From a plasmid, in the NCBI RefSeq assembly GCF_054482595.1, contig NZ_JBTHVH010000004.1: a stretch of DNA of 64,000 bases; one strand, given 5' to 3'. Positions 31,043 to 43,154 of the stretch are shown here, piece after piece. The translations under genes and the position numbers were made by a program. Under the pieces are notes generated by a model, which had not been told where the DNA came from, searched no databases, and saw nothing but the letters and a program-made list of their open reading frames with translations. The first letter of the stretch is position 1; every line of letters starts with the position of its first letter.

Positions 31043-31378
31043 AATCTTGAACCTTTTTTCACTCATTACAAGCCATGACCTAGTGCGTAGATCATACGAT
31101 CTTTAAACCTTATGTCATTGATTTATAAGTACATATAACAAAGATTATGTTAAATACTGTATGTATGTACAGCATCAACAGTTGCCCCCCTCATATTGAG
31201 GTAATTGCTACATTCATACCACTATTCTTCTTATAGTATCGACATCCTGAATTATTGCACCCTACTGCTTTGTCTTTAGCTGTTCCGAATTAAAATTCAT
31301 TGCTCAATTTGGATCACATGACGATCAGCGTATTCCTTTGCTTTATCAAAGTTAAGTTTTTAAAACATAAGATATGTA

Positions 31379-31840
31379 ATGACAAATTCTCAATCTGATT
31401 TTCCTTTGAACGATCAAAATTTTCAGGCAGATTTGCTGAAAATCAAAAAGGTTTTCGCCGACCTTATAACGCAGGCATCAGATGGTAAGATACCCATAAG
31501 GTCTTCTCATGTACACGGCTTACACCATTTCGAGGAGCTCTACATCCGGGCAAGAGCAGGCATGTGTTCGGTCCTGGGATATCCGGTCATGGTTGTTTCA
31601 ACTATCTCAGTTAAAGAGCCCGGCACAGGCATTTTTAGAGCGCTTCTTGCAGAATTGAAATGTATTGCAGATGAACAAAATTACATTTTGAAAATTGAAA
31701 ATGTACTGCCTCCCCTATTCCGCAAATACCTTATTCAAGAAGGTTTTGTTTTCCCAGGTGAACCTTGGATGTGTGGTTCCGGCTATTGGTTTAAGAACCC
31801 ACAAGTACTTCATGAAAATATTGAGTTATTATCTGTTTAA
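31379..31840 (+). CDS. Hypothetical protein (153 aa), possibly GNAT-like
   Basis: ...KEPGTGIFRALLAEL... weakly resembles the GNAT acetyl-CoA binding motif. Confidence 0.35.
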   Translation: MTNSQSDFPLNDQNFQADLLKIKKVFADLITQASDGKIPIRSSHVHGLHHFEELYIRARAGMCSVLGYPVMVVSTISVKEPGTGIFRALLAELKCIADEQNYILKIENVLPPLFRKYLIQEGFVFPGEPWMCGSGYWFKNPQVLHENIELLSV

Positions 31841-31869
31841 GTCGATCTAACAATTTCACTGGAGCTAAC

Positions 31870-32277
31870 ATGTCCCCGGAATTGGTATCAGACATTGCAA
31901 GAGTGGCGCATGAAAAGCTACTTTCAATTTTAACGGAGTGCGGCATAGAGAAGACGGCAGGCACTTGCCTTTTTGCAAGCTATCTTGTGTGTTATTTAGC
32001 AAAAACTAAAGGTCTAGATGCTGTTGTCCGTGGGGGTAACGGTGCAGATGATGGCGGTATATTTATAGAGTGTGGTGGCTTTGGCCATTATTGGTGTGAG
32101 TTGAATTTCGAAGAAGTGCAATATTATATTGACATCACTTCCGAACAGTTTGGGTTTCATCCATACATAGTGAAACTCGCCAACGATATAACAGGATGGC
32201 CTCGATATATTCCTGGTGATCAGGAAACGGTCGATAGTCATTTAGAACAATTATTACGCGACGGCTATACAGAATAG
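31870..32277 (+). CDS. Hypothetical protein (135 aa)
   Basis: ORF track; 29 bp after previous gene. Confidence 0.4.
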   Translation: MSPELVSDIARVAHEKLLSILTECGIEKTAGTCLFASYLVCYLAKTKGLDAVVRGGNGADDGGIFIECGGFGHYWCELNFEEVQYYIDITSEQFGFHPYIVKLANDITGWPRYIPGDQETVDSHLEQLLRDGYTE

Positions 32278-32327
32278 GCTGCGTATACCCTATCGCAGCC
32301 TTTCAGGCTCTTAACCCTTGTGACCTG

Positions 32328-32855
32328 TTAACGGAACCACTCAGGATGACGCTGCCGATCAACTTTGATAACCTGCGAATTAAATTCAACGACATCCGCT
32401 GGAGTAAGCATTAATTCATCAGGATTTACAATAAATGGTCTTAAAACCACTTCGCCACCGTCTTCTTTTGCACCGTAGATATTAATAAGAAAGTGCAGTC
32501 GTTGATTTCCTTCAGCATTGCGTTGCCATTCTCTAAAAGTCAAAGTTTGTTTAATATAGTTTGTTAAAAGAAATGCGAATTCAGATTCTTCCGTTTGTGA
32601 GATACCGATTTTGTTAGACATTTTTTTTAGTATCTTTCCGAGCATGGACACACAGGCATCTAGACTTAACGATGTTGAAATTTTGGTCGTATTAAAATCC
32701 TCCTGCGAAAGTGAAATCATCCATGTATTATCTTTATGATAGTCGGTAATATAAATAAAATGAGATGTAAAAGGCGTTGAGTGATTGAACTCTCCTAAGT
32801 TCCATCCATACTGACTCACTGTATTTGAGCTAAGTTCTTTGTCGGTAATGTTCAT
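32328..32855 (-). CDS. Hypothetical protein (175 aa)
   Basis: ORF track only. Confidence 0.4.
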   Translation of the reverse strand: MNITDKELSSNTVSQYGWNLGEFNHSTPFTSHFIYITDYHKDNTWMISLSQEDFNTTKISTSLSLDACVSMLGKILKKMSNKIGISQTEESEFAFLLTNYIKQTLTFREWQRNAEGNQRLHFLINIYGAKEDGGEVVLRPFIVNPDELMLTPADVVEFNSQVIKVDRQRHPEWFR

Positions 32856-33021
32856 AATTCATACCTTTCGATAAAGTCTGTAATGATAATTAGCTATCTC
32901 AAAGGACCAGAACAACTCTTGAAATAACCACACTCGAAGAATTTATCATATTGAACACCCCTACCTAATAACCTTGCCGACTTAATAAATCACAATAGCC
33001 CTCCCCTGACATTTTAAAATG

Positions 33022-33408
33022 CTACTTGAATTTTTGATAGCTTATGGTTGTTTTATGTTCTTTGTGATACGCATATGTCATCTTCTCTTTCCAGTACCAA
33101 TCTTGTAGATCCTGCAAGTCTAGCCCATTTTTCTCACGTATGCTTTCGTGTAATTCGCTAAGCGCGAGTTTATCATTAGGTTTATAAATGGCTAATTTTT
33201 CTTCAAATAAATCCAGCCAACGTTTCCCCATCTTACGACGCAAAACAAACACCATCGTGATAAATGTAATGAAATGCACAGCAATTAGTTCCAACTTATG
33301 CGATTGCTGACCAGATAAAATTACTATTGTAACAACAGGGATGGCCGTATATAAAGCAATCAAAGCGACCATAAGTTGGTATGGTTTTTCCCGTATTACC
33401 ATGTTCAT
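33022..33408 (-). CDS. Hypothetical membrane protein (128 aa)
   Basis: Two hydrophobic segments then a charged C-terminal region. Confidence 0.4.
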   Translation of the reverse strand: MNMVIREKPYQLMVALIALYTAIPVVTIVILSGQQSHKLELIAVHFITFITMVFVLRRKMGKRWLDLFEEKLAIYKPNDKLALSELHESIREKNGLDLQDLQDWYWKEKMTYAYHKEHKTTISYQKFK

Positions 33409-33448
33409 GGGTAAACCAGAGGACGCTACTGCTTGCCAAAATCTTAAA

Positions 33449-33486
33449 GGGGAGCCCGCAGAATTCGGAAAAAATCGTACGCTAAG
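33449..33486. repeat. Tn1721/Tn501-type 38-bp terminal inverted repeat
   Basis: GGGGAGCCCGCAGAATTCGGAAAAAATCGTACGCTAAG. Confidence 0.9.
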
Positions 33487-35302
33487 GTTTTCCGGGCATC
33501 CGTAAGGGCCGAAACTTCCCGTCTTCCAGTCTGCGGCTCTGCCGCCAGACGTAATCGCCGGTTAGGTTGATGTGCTCCCAGCCCAGCGGCGACAGGAATT
33601 GCAGCAGCTCGCCGTCCACCGGCTTGCCGGCCTCGACCAACCCCTGGGTGGCGCGTTCCAGGTACACCGTGTTCCACAGCACGATAGCCGCCGTCACCAG
33701 GTTGAGGCCGCTGGCCCGGTAGCGCTGCTGCTCGAAGCTCCGATCCCTGATTTCCCCAAGGCGGTTGAAGAACACCGCCCTGGCCAGCGAGTTGCGCGCC
33801 TCACCTTTGTTCAGGCCGGCATGCACGCGGCGGCGCAGTTCAACACTTTGCAGCCAGTCCAGGATGAACAGCGTGCGCTCGATCCGGCCCAGCTCGCGCA
33901 GGGCCACGGCCAGTCCGTTCTGGCGCGGGTAGCTGCCGAGCTTGCGCAGCATCAGCGAGGCGGTGACGGTGCCCTGCTTGATCGAGCTGGCCAGGCGCAG
34001 GATGTCGTCCCAGTGGGCACGCACGTGCTTGATGTTCAGGGTGCCGCCGATCAGCGGGCGCAACGTCGGGTAGGCTTGCACGCCCTGCGGCACGTACAGC
34101 TTGGTTTCGCCGAGGTCGCGGATGCGCGGCGCGAAGCGGAAGCCTAGCAGGTGCATCAGGGCAAAGACGTGATCGGTGAAGCCGGCCGTGTCGGTGTAGT
34201 GCTCCTCGATCCGCAGGTCGGACTCGTGGTACAGCAGGCCGTCGAGCACATAGGTGGAATCGCGGACGCCGACATTCACCACGCGGGTGCTGAACGGCGC
34301 GTACTGGTCGGAGATATGGGTATAGAACAGCCGTCCCGGCTCGCTACCGTACTTCGGGTTGACGTGCCCGGTGCTCTCGCCCCGGCCACCCGCGCGGAAG
34401 CGCTGGCCATCGGAGGATGAGGTCGTGCCGTCGCCCCAGTGGGCGGCAAAGGCGTGGCGATACTGGTGGTTGACCAGCTCGGCCAAGGCCGCCGAATAGG
34501 TTTCGTCGCGGATGTGCCAGGCTTGCAGCCAGGACAGCTTGGCGTAGGTCAGGCCGGGGCTCGACTCGGCCATCTTGGTCAGCCCGAGGTTGATCGCATC
34601 ACCGAGGATTGCGGACAGCAGCAACGTCCTGTCTTTGGCCTCGGCCCCGTCCTTCAAGTGGGTGAAGTGGCGGCTGAAGCCCGTCCAGTCGTCCACGTCC
34701 ATCAGCAGTTCGGTGATCTTGATGCGCGGCAGTAACTGGCTGGTTTGGTCGATCAGCGCCTGCGCCCGATCCGGCACCGCCGCATCCAGCGGGGTGATTT
34801 TCAGCCCTGACTCGGTGAGGATGGCATCGGGCAGCTCGTTGTCCTTGGCCAGGCGGGTGACGGTGGCCAACTGCTCGTCCAGCAGCTGCAAACGCTCTTC
34901 CAGGTACTGGTCGCTGTTCGGGTTGATCGCCAGGGGCAGGGCCTGCTCGCGCTTGAGTGCGGCGAACTTCTCGGCCGGCAGCAGGTAGTCGTCGAAGTCG
35001 CGGAACTGCCGCGAGCCCTTGACCCAGATGTCGCCGGAGCGCAGGGCGTTCTTCAGCTCGGACAGGGCGCAGATTTCGTAGAATTTCCGGTCGAGGCCTT
35101 CCGGGGTGATCACCAGCGGCTTCCAGCGCGGCTTGATGAAGGCCGTGGGTGCATCGGCCGGCACCTTGCGCAGGTTGTCGGCGTTCATCTCACGCAGGGT
35201 CTGCACGGCTGCCAGCACGCCTTGCGCGGCCGGCCCGTGCTGTTCCCCAACTTTTCGCTCGGCGAAGAGTATGAACATGCGCCGCCGGCGACGAATCGCC
35301 AA
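33482..35302 (-). pseudogene. tnpA: Tn1721-type tnpA, 3' fragment (the truncated tnpA copy that follows pecM in Tn1721)
   Basis: Homology to Tn21-family TnpA begins about 40 codons into the ORF (…[21 protein letters not shown]…) and runs to the IR. Confidence 0.85.
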
Positions 35303-35766
35303 ATCTCACCGTATCTCCCGAGCGGACGATTTCGCACCGGTCTGCCCGTCGAAGGGCTTGCGATCGAACGGGGCGACCTTTTCTATGCATGTCCGCGAGC
35401 CAGCGTCTTTTATGGCACGGCGCTCGACGCCGACCTTCGGACGCGCGGCGTAAGCACGCTTGTCATGGCCGGGATAAGCACCACCGGCGTTGTTCTTTCA
35501 AGCGTCGCCTGGGCTAGTGATGCGGACTACGACGTGCGTTTGGTCCAGGACTGCTGCTACGACCCGGATCGGGATGCCCACGAAGCTCTGTTGCGTTCCG
35601 GGTTCGGCGGACGTGTACAGGTCGTGTAATTTTCGGGCCTCGCATGATCGCGGCCATAGCCGCAGGTGGATTGGTGCGAGGCAGGGCCAGTCCAAGTCAG
35701 GGTGCGGTCATCGCGGCGCCTGCAACTCTCAAAAACCCATCGCCGTAGCGGAGGTCTTGTAATCGC

Positions 35767-36651
35767 ATGTCATTACGCACGCCCGATTTATTGTTCACAG
35801 CGATAGCACCTGCCATTTGGGGCAGCACCTACATTGTCACCACCCAATACCTGCCGAACTTCTCACCGATGACGGTCGCGATGCTGCGGGCGTTGCCGGC
35901 GGGTTTATTGCTCGTGATGATCGTCCGACAGATTCCAACGGGAATCTGGTGGATGCGCATCTTCATCCTCGGCGCACTTAATATTTCGCTATTCTGGAGC
36001 TTGTTGTTTATTTCGGTCTACCGCCTGCCGGGCGGGGTCGCGGCGACGGTAGGCGCTGTGCAGCCGCTGATGGTCGTGTTCATCTCTGCCGCTCTGCTAG
36101 GTAGCCCGATACGATTGATGGCGGTCCTGGGGGCTATTTGCGGAACTGCGGGCGTGGCGCTGTTGGTGTTGACACCAAACGCAGCGCTAGATCCTGTCGG
36201 CGTCGCAGCGGGCCTGGCGGGGGCGGTTTCCATGGCGTTCGGAACCGTGCTGACCCGCAAGTGGCAACCTCCCGTGCCTCTGCTCACCTTTACCGCCTGG
36301 CAACTGGCGGCCGGAGGACTTCTGCTCGTTCCAGTAGCTTTAGTGTTTGATCCGCCAATCCCGATGCCTACAGGAACCAATGTTCTCGGCCTGGCGTGGC
36401 TCGGCCTGATCGGAGCGGGTTTAACCTACTTCCTTTGGTTCCGGGGGATCTCGCGACTCGAACCTACAGTTGTTTCCTTACTGGGCTTTCTCAGCCCGGG
36501 GACCGCCGTGTTGCTAGGATGGTTGTTCTTGGATCAGACGCTGAGTGCGCTTCAAATCATCGGCGTCCTGCTCGTGATCGGGAGTATCTGGCTGGGCCAA
36601 CCTTCCAACCGCACTCCTAGGGCGCGTATAGCTTGCCGGAAGTCGCCTTGA
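35767..36651 (+). CDS. pecM: PecM-like EamA-family transporter (Tn1721 pecM)
   Basis: 294-aa multi-TM ORF; convergent with tetA(A) as in Tn1721. Confidence 0.85.
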   Translation: MSLRTPDLLFTAIAPAIWGSTYIVTTQYLPNFSPMTVAMLRALPAGLLLVMIVRQIPTGIWWMRIFILGALNISLFWSLLFISVYRLPGGVAATVGAVQPLMVVFISAALLGSPIRLMAVLGAICGTAGVALLVLTPNAALDPVGVAAGLAGAVSMAFGTVLTRKWQPPVPLLTFTAWQLAAGGLLLVPVALVFDPPIPMPTGTNVLGLAWLGLIGAGLTYFLWFRGISRLEPTVVSLLGFLSPGTAVLLGWLFLDQTLSALQIIGVLLVIGSIWLGQPSNRTPRARIACRKSP

Positions 36652-36682
36652 CCCGCATGGCATAGGCCTATCGTTTCCACGA

Positions 36683-37584
36683 TCAGCGATCGGCTCGTTG
36701 CCCTGCGCCGCTCCAAAGCCCGCGACGCAGCGCCGGCAGGCAGAGCAAGTAGAGGGCAGCGCCTGCAATCCATGCCCACCCGTTCCACGTTGTTATAGAA
36801 GCCGCATAGATCGCCGTGAAGAGGAGGGGTCCGACGATCGAGGTCAGGCTGGTGAGCGCCGCCAGTGAGCCTTGCAGCTGCCCCTGACGTTCCTCATCCA
36901 CCTGCCTGGACAACATTGCTTGCAGCGCCGGCATTCCGATGCCACCCGAAGCAAGCAGGACCATGATCGGGAACGCCATCCATCCCCGTGTCGCGAAGGC
37001 AAGCAGGATGTAGCCTGTGCCGTCGGCAATCATTCCGAGCATGAGTGCCCGCCTTTCGCCGAGCCGGGCGGCTACAGGGCCGGTGATCATTGCCTGGGCG
37101 AGTGAATGCAGAATGCCAAATGCGGCAAGCGAAATGCCGATCGTGGTCGCGTCCCAGTGAAAGCGATCCTCGCCGAAAATGACCCAAAGCGCGGCCGGCA
37201 CCTGTCCGACAAGTTGCATGATGAAGAAGACCGCCATCAGGGCGGCGACGACGGTCATGCCCCGGGCCCACCGGAACGAAGCGAGCGGGTTGAGAGCCTC
37301 CCGGCGTAACGGCCGGCGTTCGCCTTTGTGCGACTCCGGCAAAAGGAAACAGCCCGTCAGGAAATTGAGGCCGTTCAAGGCTGCCGCGGCGAAGAACGGA
37401 GCGTGGGGGGAGAAACCGCCCATCAGCCCACCGAGCACAGGTCCCGCGACCATCCCGAACCCGAAACAGGCGCTCATGAAGCCGAAGTGCCGCGCGCGCT
37501 CATCGCCATCAGTGATATCGGCAATATAAGCGCCGGCTACCGCCCCAGTCGCCCCGGTGATGCCGGCCACGATCCGCCCGATAT
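36683..37584 (-). pseudogene. tetA(A): tetA(A), 3' fragment with canonical C-terminus, 5'-truncated at a Tn2 IR
   Basis: Frame ...ITGATGAVAGAYIADITDG... to ...LRRGLWSGAGQRADR; same DNA as the inner part of the complete tetA(A) at 51931..53130. Confidence 0.9.
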
Positions 37585-37622
37585 GGGGTCTGACGCTCAG
37601 TGGAACGAAAACTCACGTTAAG
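37585..37622. repeat. Tn2/Tn3 38-bp terminal inverted repeat
   Basis: GGGGTCTGACGCTCAGTGGAACGAAAACTCACGTTAAG. Confidence 0.9.
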
Positions 37623-37731
37623 GGATTTTGGTCATGAGATTATCAAAAAGGATCTTCACCTAGATCCTTTTAAATTAAAAATGAAGTTTTAAATCAATCT
37701 AAAGTATATATGAGTAAACTTGGTCTGACAG

Positions 37732-38970
<1,239 letters not shown>

Positions 38971-39153
38971 GTCCTGCGAATATGTGAGTTTTGACCTAAT
39001 GAGCCACAAAAACTCATTTTCGCCCACGATAATTTTTCTACTTCCTTTCTTTGGAATGCTCATTTCAATATTCACATAACGTCGCTATCAATCGCGGAAA
39101 AGGCGTAGTGCGCGAAGCGAACGAAGCTTTTTGCCGTCGATTGCATAGCTTTG

Positions 39154-39636
39154 TTAACCCTTTTTCCAAATTTGATAGCAATAGTTAATGTTTGAAGTAA
39201 AGTGTTGCTCAAAAACAACTTCGAAGGTATTTGGAATACTCGGGAAGAAAACATCCCCCTCTGGCTCGATGTCGATCGTCGATAAGTGGAGCGTAGAGGC
39301 CATGGGTAATGTTTCTCGGTAAATTTCTCCGCCACCAGACACTATAACGTGACCGGTGAATTCAGCTAGCCTGTCCATGGCCTCTTCGATTGACTGAAAT
39401 ACAACTACATTGTCATCATTTGATGTCCAACCTGAGCGGGTAACGACCGCGTATTTCCTATTGGGGAGTGCGCCCATAGATTCAAACGTCTTGCGACCCA
39501 CCAGAAGCCACTGATTGTAGGTCAATGCTTTAAAAAGTAGCTGCTCCCCTTTCGCGGACCAGGGTATGTCTGGACCGCAACCAATCACGCCGTTTTTCGC
39601 TTTCGCAGCCATCAATGATACTTTCAAGGTTCTCAT
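39154..39636 (-). CDS. dfrA14: Trimethoprim-resistant dihydrofolate reductase, DfrA14-like (DfrA5/14 group)
   Basis: 160-aa [71 protein letters not shown]...; true start may be a few codons in. Confidence 0.8.
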   Translation of the reverse strand: MRTLKVSLMAAKAKNGVIGCGPDIPWSAKGEQLLFKALTYNQWLLVGRKTFESMGALPNRKYAVVTRSGWTSNDDNVVVFQSIEEAMDRLAEFTGHVIVSGGGEIYRETLPMASTLHLSTIDIEPEGDVFFPSIPNTFEVVFEQHFTSNINYCYQIWKKG

Positions 39637-39701
39637 CCTGGGTTAACGCTTGAGTTAAGCCGCGCCGCGAAGCGGCGTCGGCTTGAACGAATTGTTAGAC
39701 A

Positions 39702-40493
39702 TTATTTGCCGACTACCTTGGTGATCTCGCCTTTCACGTAGTGAACAAATTCTTCCAACTGATCTGCGCGCGAGGCCAAGCGATCTTCTTCTTGTCCAAG
39801 ATAAGCCTGTCTAGCTTCAAGTATGACGGGCTGATACTGGGCCGGCAGGCGCTCCATTGCCCAGTCGGCAGCGACATCCTTCGGCGCGATTTTGCCGGTT
39901 ACTGCGCTGTACCAAATGCGGGACAACGTAAGCACTACATTTCGCTCATCGCCAGCCCAGTCGGGCGGCGAGTTCCATAGCGTTAAGGTTTCATTTAGCG
40001 CCTCAAATAGATCCTGTTCAGGAACCGGATCAAAGAGTTCCTCCGCCGCTGGACCTACCAAGGCAACGCTATGTTCTCTTGCTTTTGTCAGCAAGATAGC
40101 CAGATCAATGTCGATCGTGGCTGGCTCGAAGATACCTGCAAGAATGTCATTGCGCTGCCATTCTCCAAATTGCAGTTCGCGCTTAGCTGGATAACGCCAC
40201 GGAATGATGTCGTCGTGCACAACAATGGTGACTTCTACAGCGCGGAGAATCTCGCTCTCTCCAGGGGAAGCCGAAGTTTCCAAAAGGTCGTTGATCAAAG
40301 CTCGCCGCGTTGTTTCATCAAGCCTTACGGTCACCGTAACCAGCAAATCAATATCACTGTGTGGCTTCAGGCCGCCATCCACTGCGGAGCCGTACAAATG
40401 TACGGCCAGCAACGTCGGTTCGAGATGGCGCTCGATGACGCCAACTACCTCTGATAGTTGAGTCGATACTTCGGCGATCACCACTTCCCTCAT
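39702..40493 (-). CDS. aadA1: Aminoglycoside (3'')(9)-adenylyltransferase AadA1
   Basis: 263 aa from MREVVIAEVSTQLSEVVGVIERHLEP... to ...VKGEITKVVGK; 16 bp after blaOXA-10 (fused cassette). Confidence 0.9.
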   Translation of the reverse strand: MREVVIAEVSTQLSEVVGVIERHLEPTLLAVHLYGSAVDGGLKPHSDIDLLVTVTVRLDETTRRALINDLLETSASPGESEILRAVEVTIVVHDDIIPWRYPAKRELQFGEWQRNDILAGIFEPATIDIDLAILLTKAREHSVALVGPAAEELFDPVPEQDLFEALNETLTLWNSPPDWAGDERNVVLTLSRIWYSAVTGKIAPKDVAADWAMERLPAQYQPVILEARQAYLGQEEDRLASRADQLEEFVHYVKGEITKVVGK

Positions 40494-40509
40494 GATGTTT
40501 AACTTTGTT

Positions 40510-41310
40510 TTAGCCACCAATGATGCCCTCACTTTCCATGATTTTGGTGGGAATGGATTTTCTTAGCGGCAACTTACTTTCGTTGTCTATATCCATGTTA
40601 AAGGCGAAAAAGTAAACCTCTGTCTCCTTCTCAACCCACCCAACCCACCATGCGACACCAGGATTTGACTCAGTTCCCACACCAGAAAAACCAGTTTTTG
40701 AATGCACTAGATATTCAGGTGCCGCCTCCGTTACCAAAGCCTCTTTTACTATTAGCTGGTTTTCTTTAGATGCTGACAATTTATTTAAATATAGAGACTC
40801 TAGAAACTCCACTTGATTAACTGCGGAAATTCTAAGCTGGCCTTCCAACCAGAATTTGTCAATGCCACCACTGATATTCTGGTTGCCATAGGAAAATTTT
40901 TTAAGGTATTTCTGCATTCTTACTTCGCCAACTTCTCTGGCGATTTGTTGAAATACGGGAACAGCTGAAACTTGTATTGCCCCTCTTAAGGTCAAGTCTC
41001 TTTCCCATTGCTTCATGGCTCTTGGCTTTCCGTCCCATTTGAAAACCTGATGCTCATTCTTTATGACACCAGTTTCTAGGCCGATAATTGCGTTGGGGAT
41101 CTTAAATGTTGATGCTGGAAGATATTCCTTTGATGCACGAGCTAAGTCATTGGTAGCGCAGGATTTACTGCTACTTTTACAAAGCACGAAGACACCATTG
41201 ACGGCTTCGGCAGAGAACTCTTTGTTCCAAGACGTATTTTCTGTAATTGAACCAGCTAATGCCGTACTCGAAAGACACGCGATAATTACATATGCGGCAA
41301 ATGTTTTCAT
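40510..41310 (-). CDS. blaOXA-10: Class D beta-lactamase OXA-10 family
   Basis: 266-aa [35 protein letters not shown]...STFK...KTG... Confidence 0.9.
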   Translation of the reverse strand: MKTFAAYVIIACLSSTALAGSITENTSWNKEFSAEAVNGVFVLCKSSSKSCATNDLARASKEYLPASTFKIPNAIIGLETGVIKNEHQVFKWDGKPRAMKQWERDLTLRGAIQVSAVPVFQQIAREVGEVRMQKYLKKFSYGNQNISGGIDKFWLEGQLRISAVNQVEFLESLYLNKLSASKENQLIVKEALVTEAAPEYLVHSKTGFSGVGTESNPGVAWWVGWVEKETEVYFFAFNMDIDNESKLPLRKSIPTKIMESEGIIGG

Positions 41311-41574
41311 GGCACCTTCTTGGTGGCTAACGTTAATTCGACCTCAGAGGCGTTTAAGTCAAAATACCTCTGACGTCTAACATGATTAATCAAAGTCTGA
41401 TTTTTTAACAAAATCAGAAAGATAGACGCGAAACTTTAAAACAAAGGCGTCAACACTTCAAGTAGCGATCTTTCGCTTCGGCGAGGCCTAACGCCTGAGC
41501 TCAGCCGACCGAAACCGCGTAGCGGTTTTGGGTCGGCTGCAGCGATTTGTTGGGCGATAGCTTGCCACATTCTC

Positions 41575-42834
41575 TCAACGATTGGGATTTGATGTACTTT
41601 CCGCACTTTGTAGCGCGACCACATCATGCTCCCCCTGGCCGCGAGAGCCCTTCACTCGGGAAACACAAGACAGACCGAGCACGACTGTTGCAAGGGTCAA
41701 ACAGTACACGACAACCGGCCAAGCCGTGTTGCGCGGCAACAGCGAAATGATCAACGTTCCGATGCTTCCTAGCAGTACACCGCCCAAGCAGAAGTAGACT
41801 GCCGTGACCGTTCCAGCAACATGGTCGAATCCTCGAAGAGCGCCATTGGGCGACACAGATACCGCTGTGGCGACACCAATACCCACTAGCCACATTGGAG
41901 CAATAAAGCCTAACACGGACTGCGAAGCCCATATTTCGGTGATGGCAAGCAATACTGCTCCAGCTATCAGGCATCCCATTCCCATTCGCAAGACACTTGG
42001 GCTGCCCCACTTGGGTATCACACGCCCCATAAAACGAGCCGTAAACACCATGGCAATTGCCACTGTGGCGAACAGCAGGCTGAAGCCAAGCTGAGACACA
42101 CCTTGCCTGCCCATCATTAGTCCGGGCGCAATGGAGAAAAAGACGAAGAAGCTACCCATTCCAGCGGCGTAACACAACGTGTACAACCAGAAGTTCAGGC
42201 ACTTAACGGGGAGTAGCAGCTGCGACCATTGCAAGCCCGCAACTCGTTGCACCCGGGTTTCAGGCCAGAATCGCCACGCTGCTGCAGATGCAGCGATCAT
42301 GCCCAAACCTAGAAACGCAAAGATAGCCCGCCACCCAAGCCACATGTCGACGAGCGCTCCGAGCAATGGGCCTACCGCCGGGACCATGGCCAGCATGGAT
42401 CCGAGTATGCCGTAAATGACATTACTTTCCTCGCGACCTGCGTAAATGTCACGTACTGTTGCAAATGTGGAAACAAGGCACGCCGAGGCACCACAAGCCT
42501 GAAGAATCCGAAGCCCCAGAAAGACTTCAGCCGATGACGTAAGAGCGAGGCCCATTGACGCCACAACGTAGGCGAGGCCACCTCCCAGTAGAACGGGGCG
42601 GCGCCCCAGTCGGTCCGATAGCGGTCCAAACAAGAGCTGACCGGCACCAATCATGACCAAGTACGTTGTCAGCGTAAGCTGAATTGTGCTCGCTGTCGTA
42701 CCAAGCGCGTTTGGCATAAACGGCACTGCTGGCAAGTACATGTCCATGCCGAGTGATGCCAATAAATCGAACGGTGATAACAACAACACCGTGGCGGCAA
42801 GGGAGTACCGCCAACTAAAGTTTTTTGAGCGCAC
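41575..42834 (-). CDS. cmlA: Chloramphenicol efflux MFS transporter CmlA
   Basis: 419 aa from GTG start (RSKNFSWRYSLAATVLLLSPFD...); track ORF 41575..42882 is a longer upstream frame. Confidence 0.9.
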   Translation of the reverse strand: MRSKNFSWRYSLAATVLLLSPFDLLASLGMDMYLPAVPFMPNALGTTASTIQLTLTTYLVMIGAGQLLFGPLSDRLGRRPVLLGGGLAYVVASMGLALTSSAEVFLGLRILQACGASACLVSTFATVRDIYAGREESNVIYGILGSMLAMVPAVGPLLGALVDMWLGWRAIFAFLGLGMIAASAAAWRFWPETRVQRVAGLQWSQLLLPVKCLNFWLYTLCYAAGMGSFFVFFSIAPGLMMGRQGVSQLGFSLLFATVAIAMVFTARFMGRVIPKWGSPSVLRMGMGCLIAGAVLLAITEIWASQSVLGFIAPMWLVGIGVATAVSVSPNGALRGFDHVAGTVTAVYFCLGGVLLGSIGTLIISLLPRNTAWPVVVYCLTLATVVLGLSCVSRVKGSRGQGEHDVVALQSAESTSNPNR

Positions 42835-43154
42835 GAAACCATCTCCTTGAACAAAGGATTTGGCGGCGCTCCCGTAGAGCAAAAGGATTCATGAGAACGC
42901 CGCAACAACCGAAAAATGAAGGTTGCTGCGGCTTACTTGTCTGCGTTCTTGGAAGTGCTCATCTGCTGACTATCTCATGATTGAATTTGAATCGTAACAA
43001 CTTTCAAGCAACTCTGCGAGGAGCCTTATTGTGCGCCCAACGCCGCCATAAACGGCGACAGGGTGGCGCGCCTATTGCGCATAAAATGGCGAAGCCATGC
43101 GCAACAGGCGCGGAATCTCTGGCGTCCGGTTTGATGGCTTTGTTATGCAAAGGA

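Noticed and set aside
34151-37529. Numerous GC-rich antisense ORFs inside tnpA, pecM and tetA (e.g. 34575..34988, 36894..37271, 52542..52919)
   Set aside because: Typical high-GC overlapping frames opposite real genes; duplicated only because the tetA DNA is duplicated.
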